DNA of 16,733 nucleotides from Pseudomonadota bacterium (lineage in GTDB: Bacteria; Bdellovibrionota; FAC87; UBA2466). The position numbers were made by a program, and so were the translations under genes. Under the pieces are notes generated by a model. It was not told the DNA's origin, searched no databases, and saw only the letters and a program-made list of their open reading frames with translations. The stretch is from contig JAYUGC010000032.1 of NCBI GenBank assembly GCA_043767805.1, forward strand, positions 1 through 16,733, read 5' to 3'. Shown here in pieces: positions 8,221 through 14,870 of this stretch. The stretch's first letter is position 1. The number at the start of each line of letters is the position of its first letter.

Positions 8221-8972
8221 CGGCCGTCCTTTCGCTTCGGGCGTTTGCCCGTTATCCGAGATAGAAGTCCCATCAGCGAGCAGCGCAAGACGCCGAACCC
8301 ATAGGTCACGCTCCGCTGAAAAGAAATCGAGCTCGCCTCCGCGAAGTATTTCGTCGGTACGGAGATCTCCCCGATACGAAAACCGAGAAGATGGGCTTGA
8401 ACCAAAAGCTCGTTATCAAAAACGAAGTCATCGCTATTGGTCTCGAACGGAATGCTCTCGAGCACCTCGCGTGAGTAGGCGCGGTAACCCGTGTGGTACT
8501 CCGAAAGTTTTTGCCCGATGAGCAGGTTCTCAATAAAGGTGAGCACCCGGTTCGCGAGATATTTGTAGACCGGCATGCCTCCCGCGAGGGCGCCATTGCC
8601 CAGAATACGAGAGCCCAAGACCAAATCGTACGTGCCGCTCGCCACCATCGTGACCATCACACCCAAAAGTTTTGGATCGTACTGATAATCGGGGTGCAGC
8701 ATGACCACGATGTCGGCCTGTCTCGTGAGCGCCATCCGGTAACACGTCTTTTGGTTGCCGCCGTAGCCGAGGTTCTGCTCATGGCGAACTACTTCGAGCG
8801 GATATTGGCTAGCGAGCCGGCGGCCTTCCGAGACGGTCGCGTCCCGCGAACGATCGTCCACCAAAATGAAGAGATCCACGACGCCTTTTGGCACATCGCG
8901 TAGGGTCTTTTCCAAGGTCTTTTCCGCATTGTACGCGGGCAAGACACAAACGACCCGTTTGCCTTGTTCCAT
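8217..8972 (-). CDS. Glycosyltransferase family 2, DPM1-like polyprenol-phosphate sugar synthase
   Basis: 251 aa. VLPAYNAE, LVDDRSRD, NLGYGG, MLHPDYQYDP, VLGSR, EYHTGYRAY, FVFDNE, EISVPT. Confidence 0.9.
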   Translation of the reverse strand: MEQGKRVVCVLPAYNAEKTLEKTLRDVPKGVVDLFILVDDRSRDATVSEGRRLASQYPLEVVRHEQNLGYGGNQKTCYRMALTRQADIVVMLHPDYQYDPKLLGVMVTMVASGTYDLVLGSRILGNGALAGGMPVYKYLANRVLTFIENLLIGQKLSEYHTGYRAYSREVLESIPFETNSDDFVFDNELLVQAHLLGFRIGEISVPTKYFAEASSISFQRSVTYGFGVLRCSLMGLLSRITGKRPKRKDGR

Positions 8973-8978
8973 TTAAAG

Positions 8979-8984
8979 AGTGTA
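8979..8984 (-). promoter_or_regulatory. -10 element directly upstream of the GT2 start (leaderless-type)
   Basis: Minus strand TACACT-ctttaa-ATG (6-nt spacer), with no SD motif. Confidence 0.5.
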
Positions 8985-9065
8985 GCGAACTGTGGGGCCG
9001 CGGGCGATGGGACGGTGGGTCGAAATCTATTTGCCAAGAATTCCGATAAGAGTTCAGGAGTTTCT

Positions 9066-11012
9066 ATGGCCGGGTTCCTCACACAAGCCTTTCAGCAAAC
9101 CTGTTTCGTCATACGCAATTCCGCGTTGACCGAGCATCTCGTGCTTCCTCCCGAGATAAACTCTCGAGTCGTCGCCGGTGAAGTCGAGCTCGTGGACTAT
9201 GCGAAGCTCGGATTCGGCGGAGCGGCCCGTGTGGTACTCGTTCTGGCCGATCATGATTTCATTCCGACGATCAATCTCTTGCGCGAAAGAGCCGCGGATC
9301 TCAAATGCCACCTCGGCGTCGTCGTCGTTTCCAAATTGCCCGGCGGCATCCTCGCCGAGCGCCATGCTTTCCCCGAGCTCGTGGACGTGGTCCTCGATCA
9401 ATCCTTGATCGAGCACCCGCACTTGCATCTCTTGCGTGCCGTTCGCCACATGGTGCGGGTCGAAGAGATCAAAACGCCCCGCCTCGGTCAGCAAACCCTT
9501 CTCAAACTCAATGAAATCTTCATCGCCCTTTCCGCGGAGCGAGATCCCAAAGAGCTCCTCGGGACCATTTTGCGCAAAGCCATCGAGCTGACCAACGCCG
9601 AAGGCGGAAGCCTCTTCATGATTGAAGAAGAGGACGGGGAAATCTCCTTCCGCATTCGCATCAGCCAGGGCCCGAACGAGACTCGCGCCAGTTTCGAGTA
9701 CGTTACCGATCGCGTGAGCGAGGCGGGCATCGCGGGCTACGTCGCTCTCACCGGCAAGTCGGTGAACATTCCCGACATCGCCAATCTTCGTCCGTATACG
9801 CTTCCGACTTACAACCGCGAGCTCGACTACCGGGAAGGCAGCGTGCGCTCCATGCTCACCGTGCCTTTGAAGAACCGCCGGAACGAGATCATCGCGGTCC
9901 TTCAGCTCGCCAATAAGCGGCTGATGGATGAAGGCCCGGAAGTGACGCCTGCGCCTTTCGAAGCGGAAGACGACGGCTTACTCAGCTCTTATTGCACCCA
10001 AGCGGCGATCTGCTTGGAGAATGTGGATCTCTACGGCGACATCCAGCGCCTATTCGATGGTTTCGTGAAAGCGGCGATTACCGCCATCGAGTCTCGCGAC
10101 CCGTCCACGGGCGGTCATTCCGAGCGCGTCGCCAAGATGTGCGTGGAGCTCGCGCGCGCGACTACCGAGTGCCAGACGGGCGTGTACCGCTCCGTACGCT
10201 TTAAAGACGAAGAAATCCGCGAGCTCGAGTACGCGGCCCTTCTCCACGACTTCGGCAAAATCGGAGTCCGCGAAGAAGTGCTCGTCAAAGCTAAGAAGCT
10301 CTATACCTATCAGTTAGAGGGCATCAACGAGCGCATCAAGATTTGTAAGGCGGCCGCGCGCATCCAGTACCTGGAGCGTAAGGTCAAAGGGGGATCGAAC
10401 CCCGCCGCCCTGGATCAAGAGTACGAAAGACGCCTGAAAGAGCTCGATGCTTTCTGGCAGATCATCGTCGCGGCCAACGAGCCCTCGGTCTTGAAGAAAG
10501 ATACCCGGGAAACGCTGGAGAGAATCCGCACCGAGAAGCTCATGCTTCCCGACGGCTCCCACGTCGCCGTCTTGACCGAAGAAGAGTTCACCGCATTGAG
10601 CGTGCCCCAAGGCTCGCTCACCGAGGCCGAGCGTCTGGAAGTGGAGTCCCATGTCCGTCACACGTATCAGTTCTTGAAGATGATTCCGTGGACGCGCGAC
10701 TTCAAGCATCTGACGGACATCGCTTATGCCCATCACGAAAAGCTCGATGGCACGGGTTATCCGCGCGGCCTTTCGTCTCACGAGATTCCCTTGCAGTCGA
10801 AAATCATGACCATCTCGGACATCTTCGACGCGCTCACCGCGGCCGATCGCTGGTACAAGGACGCGGTCCCGACCGAGAAAGCGCTGGAGATTCTCGGCGA
10901 CGAAGTCGGCGAAGGAAAGCTCGATCCGGTGCTCTACGAGATCTTCGTCGAGAAGAAAATCTACCTTCTCAACGATTTCTCCACCCCGACTTCCAAGCCG
11001 AAAGTCGCCTGA
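9066..11012 (+). CDS. GAF + HD-GYP domain cyclic-dinucleotide phosphodiesterase
   Basis: Start reassigned to ATG 9066 (AGGAG at 9056-9060), giving 648 aa. GAF domain (AEGGSLF..GIAGYVALTGKSVNIPD..SMLTVPLKN..IAVLQLANK..FEAED). HD-GYP motifs ESRDPSTGGHSERV, LHDFGKIG, HHEKLDGTGYPRGL, ISDIFDALT and RWYK. Confidence 0.93.
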   Translation: MAGFLTQAFQQTCFVIRNSALTEHLVLPPEINSRVVAGEVELVDYAKLGFGGAARVVLVLADHDFIPTINLLRERAADLKCHLGVVVVSKLPGGILAERHAFPELVDVVLDQSLIEHPHLHLLRAVRHMVRVEEIKTPRLGQQTLLKLNEIFIALSAERDPKELLGTILRKAIELTNAEGGSLFMIEEEDGEISFRIRISQGPNETRASFEYVTDRVSEAGIAGYVALTGKSVNIPDIANLRPYTLPTYNRELDYREGSVRSMLTVPLKNRRNEIIAVLQLANKRLMDEGPEVTPAPFEAEDDGLLSSYCTQAAICLENVDLYGDIQRLFDGFVKAAITAIESRDPSTGGHSERVAKMCVELARATTECQTGVYRSVRFKDEEIRELEYAALLHDFGKIGVREEVLVKAKKLYTYQLEGINERIKICKAAARIQYLERKVKGGSNPAALDQEYERRLKELDAFWQIIVAANEPSVLKKDTRETLERIRTEKLMLPDGSHVAVLTEEEFTALSVPQGSLTEAERLEVESHVRHTYQFLKMIPWTRDFKHLTDIAYAHHEKLDGTGYPRGLSSHEIPLQSKIMTISDIFDALTAADRWYKDAVPTEKALEILGDEVGEGKLDPVLYEIFVEKKIYLLNDFSTPTSKPKVA

Positions 11013-11062
11013 AATCGTCTACACTTTAGGCACCCCCTCGGAAATCGTGTCGGGAATCGAAC

Positions 11063-11089
11063 GGAGCGGGCAAGTTTGCCCGACGCTCC
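11063..11089 (+). other. GC-rich hairpin downstream of the HD-GYP gene
   Basis: GGAG-CGGGCAA-gt-TTGCCCG-acg-CTCC. It has no U-tract, so a terminator role is uncertain. Confidence 0.4.
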
Positions 11090-11182
11090 CCGGCTAATCT
11101 AAATCTAACGATTTCCACATTGGACCCCATCTCGGTGCTCTCCTGCTTGGCTTCGCGGCACCCCGCGGAGTGTCTCTACTTT

Positions 11183-11191
11183 TGAAATAAT
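11183..11191 (+). promoter_or_regulatory. Putative extended -10 promoter for the structured RNA
   Basis: TG-a-AATAAT in the only AT-rich patch of the gap. The predicted start (~11197) coincides with the 5' arm of the closing stem. Confidence 0.4.
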
Positions 11192-11195
11192 TAAA

Positions 11196-11381
11196 AAGCT
11201 CCGGGGAATCCTTGTTTCCCGGGAACGAAGGATTTCAGTCGCGTTTTTTGGCGCTGGGTCCGAGGGCGGTCCCTTTAAGGGACTCAACTCTCGGTCGCTG
11301 GCCCTCGGCGTGGTCAGGGACGATCCGCCGTTTAACTCGCGTGGCGTTCTTTCGGGTGACTATTGGGGTTGCCCGGAGCTT
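11196..11381 (+). ncRNA. Structured non-coding RNA candidate, 6S RNA-like rod (~186 nt)
   Basis: Ends pair perfectly: AAGCTCCGGG 11196-11205 with CCCGGAGCTT 11372-11381. Pairing continues (AATCCT/GGGGTT; CCCGG.GAACG/CGTTC..TCGGG), then an unpaired central region, then TTTTTGGC/GTCAGGGA and CCGAGGGC 11260-11267 with GCCCTCGG 11301-11308. G-U pairs favour the plus strand. Folded by eye only. Confidence 0.55.
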
Positions 11382-11405
11382 CGATTTTTAGGGGAGGGGT
11401 ACGCA

Positions 11406-12257
11406 ATGCGCGCTTTCTGGGGGATTCTTGCACTCTCAGCGGTTCTTTGGTCCGAGTTTGCCCACGCTAGAAATCCGGCGACCGATATCATCCGGCGCGG
11501 AGAAACGAGAATGCGGGGCCGCACCGTTCAATCGCTGATGGTGATGAAGATCTCCCGGCCGGACTTCACCCGGGAGCTGAAGCTCCGGGCTTGGACCTCG
11601 GGAGATCAGAGGGCTCTCGTCGAAATCCTGGAGCCGGTCAAGGAGACTGGGATTGCCTCGCTCAGGGTAGGAGACCAGATGTGGAACTACCTGCCGAAAT
11701 CCGATCAAACGGTTCGCGTTCCCCCTTCCATGATGCTTCAGTCATGGATGGGGAGTGATTTCACCAACGACGATTTGGTGAAAGCCAGCTCCTTGGTGCG
11801 TGACTACCGTCACCGGATAGTGAGTCAGGCCAAGGGTCCCCCGGGAAGCGTTCTCGTGCTCTGCGTGCCGAAACCTGGCGCGCCCGTCGTTTGGGGCAAG
11901 ATTCTTCACTGGGCTCGAAAGGGAGATAACCTTCCTCTTCGCCAAGAGTTTTACGATGAGACCGGCAAGCTCGTCCGCACGATGATTTTTTCCGCCTTCA
12001 AGAAGGTGGACGATCGCGTGGTGCCGACCCGCATCCGCGTGACTCGGGCGGACGCGCCGAACGAGACCACGGTGGTGGAGTACAAAAAGATGCTCTACGA
12101 TCGCACGCTTCCCAACTCGCTCTTCAATCGCAATTTGCTTCGTCAGATCACGGAGAAAGGGCGCGACGTCGCGACGCTCTGGGAGCAACGCACCCTTGCG
12201 CAGCTCAGAGGGCGACAGACTCTGGTGGCCGCCCAGTCTTGGGGCGCGATGCGCTAA
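11406..12257 (+). CDS. LolA-like outer membrane lipoprotein-sorting protein
   Basis: Start reassigned to ATG 11406 (GGGGAGGGG at 11391-11399), giving 283 aa. Signal peptide ending AHA. Family-typical QMWNYLP..VRVPPSMMLQSWMGSDFTNDDLV, APVVWGK and EFYDETGKLVRTM. Confidence 0.88.
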   Translation: MRAFWGILALSAVLWSEFAHARNPATDIIRRGETRMRGRTVQSLMVMKISRPDFTRELKLRAWTSGDQRALVEILEPVKETGIASLRVGDQMWNYLPKSDQTVRVPPSMMLQSWMGSDFTNDDLVKASSLVRDYRHRIVSQAKGPPGSVLVLCVPKPGAPVVWGKILHWARKGDNLPLRQEFYDETGKLVRTMIFSAFKKVDDRVVPTRIRVTRADAPNETTVVEYKKMLYDRTLPNSLFNRNLLRQITEKGRDVATLWEQRTLAQLRGRQTLVAAQSWGAMR

Positions 12258-12315
12258 AGGCCATCTGATTTAGCACTCGAAAAGGGCCCGGTATCTCATT
12301 AGTCTTTTCGGAGCG

Positions 12316-13473
12316 ATGAGAAAACTTGGGCTTTATGGAAGCGTTGCGTTTTGCCTGTCGGCTTTGTCGGCCAGCCCGAGCGCTCGCGCCGAGGGCCTTC
12401 TCGCCGGGCGTCCCCGCTTCGAGCGCGGGGGGAGCTTCAAATCGATTCTCCAATACCAAGACCTGAAACACACGGGCGTATTCAGCCGAAACGATAGTTT
12501 AGGCACCGAGCAACGCTTGCGCCTAGAGGGCGCTTTGGTTTGGGGCACCTTTCGTTTGGAAATCGCCGACGAGACTTCCTTCTTCGCGCAGACTCCTCTG
12601 ACGTCGACGATTCCTTTGCCCAACGCGATACCGACGCCGGCGTGGAACCCGCACTGGACCCTCACCATTAACGATACGATCCGAGCCGTCACTCGACTTG
12701 ATCGGGCGCTCCTCAAATGGACGCAAGGGTCGGTCTCTATCATCGCGGGGAAGCAGGTAGTCGCCCTCGGCGTCGGCCATATCTTCACGGCGGTCTCGCA
12801 GACGCCACGCCAGCCCTTCGTCATCGTCGATCCGGAATATCCCATTCCGGAAGACGCCATCACTTTGGAGTGGGACGGCGCTCTAGCGGTAGAGGCCCGC
12901 TTTCTTCCCAAAAATCCCGGGCAGAAATCCGATAACTTTCACTTCAGGGCGAAGGGTTCGAAGAATGGGTACGATCTGGCGCTCACCGCGGGCCGTTCCG
13001 ACGATAAATCCTTCGTGGCTTTGGAGACGGCGGGAAATCTCGGTGAAAGTCTGTTGCGGGGCGAGCTGACTCTGTACGATCGGGCGGGGACTACCGTCGG
13101 GCAAGGGCTCGCGGGATTCGATCACGCTTTCGATGCGAAGTGGAGTGGGGAAGTCGAAGTTTTTTATGCGGGAGCGCTCGTGCACCGGCCTTCGCCGTAC
13201 TTCGGAAAATGGTACGCGGGAGCGAGGGTGAAATGGGAGGCGTCGGAGCGCTGGCGCTTGTGGGCCATCGCCATCGCTAATCTAAATGACCCCTCCGTCT
13301 TGGGCCATATAAGTCTGACTTACTCGTGGTCGACGAGCTTGGATCTCGGGTTCGGCCAGTTCATGGGCTTTGGCAAGGGCACATCGGAGTTCGGCGGACA
13401 AATTTCCATTGCGCCTGGCATGAGCCTTGGTTTGCCGAATCTCACTTATGCCTTGGCACGCTACTACTTCTAG
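12316..13473 (+). CDS. Putative outer-membrane beta-barrel protein
   Basis: Signal peptide ending ARA, RLDRA..W....I.AGKQVVALGVG motif, alternating amphipathic strands and a C-terminal BAM-type signal YALARYYF. Confidence 0.75.
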   Translation: MRKLGLYGSVAFCLSALSASPSARAEGLLAGRPRFERGGSFKSILQYQDLKHTGVFSRNDSLGTEQRLRLEGALVWGTFRLEIADETSFFAQTPLTSTIPLPNAIPTPAWNPHWTLTINDTIRAVTRLDRALLKWTQGSVSIIAGKQVVALGVGHIFTAVSQTPRQPFVIVDPEYPIPEDAITLEWDGALAVEARFLPKNPGQKSDNFHFRAKGSKNGYDLALTAGRSDDKSFVALETAGNLGESLLRGELTLYDRAGTTVGQGLAGFDHAFDAKWSGEVEVFYAGALVHRPSPYFGKWYAGARVKWEASERWRLWAIAIANLNDPSVLGHISLTYSWSTSLDLGFGQFMGFGKGTSEFGGQISIAPGMSLGLPNLTYALARYYF

Positions 13474-14117
13474 CGAAAGCGTCCGTAGATGCCGCAGGGA
13501 TTCGCGAAGAGATAATAAACTTCGGTCGGCAGAGTGGGGAGCGCTTGGTACTCGGCTCCCTCGATGGCGGTCGGGGTGTTATAACGAAATCCGTTTTTTC
13601 CCGTCGGAACGACCTGAGCTTTGCCGGTCATGCTGGCGAGGGTAATCATCGATTCTTCGAAATAGCTCGTTATCTTGAGGCCCGTCCTCGAATGAGTCGC
13701 GAGCGCAGTCAGCTCGGCCGAGATCTTGGCGTTGTCGCTAGCATTTCCATGAATGGACGGAAGTTGACCCATGCCGGGGTTGGCGAGATGCAAAGTGGTC
13801 ACCTGGGGAAGATCCAATTGCCGGTAATCTCCGGGTAGCGAGATGACCTCGATCTTCGTATGGCCTTGCTCTTTCAACCAGCCCCTTAAGTACTGGGTCG
13901 CCGCTTCCGCGGACTCCGGGAAATAGTCATTTAGATAAATGGTGCCTTCAGTGCCGTACTTGCGGATGAGGTCTTGAGCGGTGAGCCGCAGGATCTCGAA
14001 GCGGACCTCGGGGCTTCCGTCGGTACCGCCGTAATTGCCGGCCCCCAATTCCAAATGAAGGATCTTCGCGTTGGCTGAGAGGGAAAAGAGGAAGAGAAGG
14101 GCGAGTAAGCTTTTCAC
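13470..14117 (-). CDS. Hypothetical exported protein with class I SAM-methyltransferase-like motifs
   Basis: GTG start 5 nt after the upstream stop. Signal peptide MKSLLALLFLFSLSANA, then LHLELGAG, IYLND, LPGDY and LHLANP. Confidence 0.7.
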   Translation of the reverse strand: MKSLLALLFLFSLSANAKILHLELGAGNYGGTDGSPEVRFEILRLTAQDLIRKYGTEGTIYLNDYFPESAEAATQYLRGWLKEQGHTKIEVISLPGDYRQLDLPQVTTLHLANPGMGQLPSIHGNASDNAKISAELTALATHSRTGLKITSYFEESMITLASMTGKAQVVPTGKNGFRYNTPTAIEGAEYQALPTLPTEVYYLFANPCGIYGRFR

Positions 14118-14122
14118 GTCTT

Positions 14123-14779
14123 TTACAGTCGAGTGGCGACCATCGCGAGAAACGCGTCGATGAGGCCATGTCCGTAACTCAAATCGCCAATGGGACCAGC
14201 GTAGTTCAAATTATGCATGAGGCCTTCCGTCGCTTCGGGATGCGCCTGTAAGGAGAAGATGGGAAGTGACTCGTGGGTCAGGCCGTCGAAAGGAACGAGC
14301 GGGCTTTTCGCGGCGACCCGGAAACCCTTCGGGCATTCGAGCACCGTCTCGCGGTGAGAGACGAAAACCGGACCCGAAGAGGGCACGTTTTTCCAGATCG
14401 AAACTTTGTCCAACTGAATTTGGCGGAAGCCTTGTTGTTTGTCTTTCGTGGGCTGGAGGAAGCCGACCTTGGCGCCAAACAGATGCGAGATGAACTGATG
14501 GCCGAAGCAGATGCCAAAAGTCGGCGTGCCGAGCTTCATCTTGGGGAGGAGCCACGCTCCTACTTCTCTTTGCCAAGGAAGATCGTCGTACACGCTTGTC
14601 GAGCTGCCGAGCATGACAATGCCCGCCATGTCTTCTTCCGAGCGCCGCAGGGAATCTAGACCGAAAATGCCGGGCAAATGATACGTCAGGCAGAGGGGCG
14701 ACCGGCGGGCTAGCTGATTGAAGGTATCCAATTCGGCCGTTTTGGCGGCAGGATCGATGACGGCGACGTGGGCTCTCAT
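14123..14779 (-). CDS. Stand-alone class I glutamine amidotransferase (GMP synthase GATase-like)
   Basis: GIVMLGS, FGICFGHQ (nucleophile Cys), SHRE and QAHPE (His/Glu of the triad). Confidence 0.9.
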   Translation of the reverse strand: MRAHVAVIDPAAKTAELDTFNQLARRSPLCLTYHLPGIFGLDSLRRSEEDMAGIVMLGSSTSVYDDLPWQREVGAWLLPKMKLGTPTFGICFGHQFISHLFGAKVGFLQPTKDKQQGFRQIQLDKVSIWKNVPSSGPVFVSHRETVLECPKGFRVAAKSPLVPFDGLTHESLPIFSLQAHPEATEGLMHNLNYAGPIGDLSYGHGLIDAFLAMVATRL

Positions 14780-14787
14780 AATCGTTC

Positions 14788-14796
14788 AGTTTAGCA
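14788..14796 (-). promoter_or_regulatory. Extended -10 upstream of the GATase gene
   Basis: Minus strand TG-c-TAAACT, 8 nt before the ATG, with no SD motif. Confidence 0.45.
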
Positions 14797-14814
14797 TAAC
14801 TATGTCGTTAAAAA

Positions 14815-14835
14815 ATTGCCGGTTGACGCGGCAAT
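14815..14835. promoter_or_regulatory. Palindromic operator candidate bracketing a -35-like TTGACG upstream of gcdH
   Basis: ATTGCCG-gttgacg-CGGCAAT, a perfect 7-7-7 inverted repeat in the divergent intergenic region. Confidence 0.5.
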
Positions 14836-14870
14836 CCTCGGTCACGAAGGTAGGTCTTTAGGAGGCCTTC

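Noticed and set aside
8964..9065. Longer TTG start for the HD-GYP gene
   Set aside because: It would overlap the divergent GT2 start and promoter. ATG 9066 has a proper AGGAG SD.
11105..11287. 60-aa minus-strand ORF in the gap
   Set aside because: Non-ATG start, no SD, no recognisable features, and it is antisense to the structured element.
11196..11381. Retron msr/msd or MITE explanation for the terminal inverted repeats
   Set aside because: There is no reverse transcriptase or transposase in the window and no clear target-site duplication. Pairing relies on G-U, which favours an RNA structure. A MITE cannot be fully excluded without a genome-wide copy search.
11310..11405. GTG-start N-terminal extension of the LolA-like protein
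   Set aside because: It would bury the signal peptide and run through the structured RNA candidate. ATG 11406 has an SD.
11013..11405. c-di-GMP/cGAMP (GEMM) riboswitch, SRP RNA, RNase P RNA, tmRNA or tRNA in the gap
   Set aside because: GGGCAAAC (minus strand) and GGGGTTGCC fragments occur, but not the GAAA tetraloop and GACGCAAAGC arrangement. No signature motifs of the other RNAs were found by eye.
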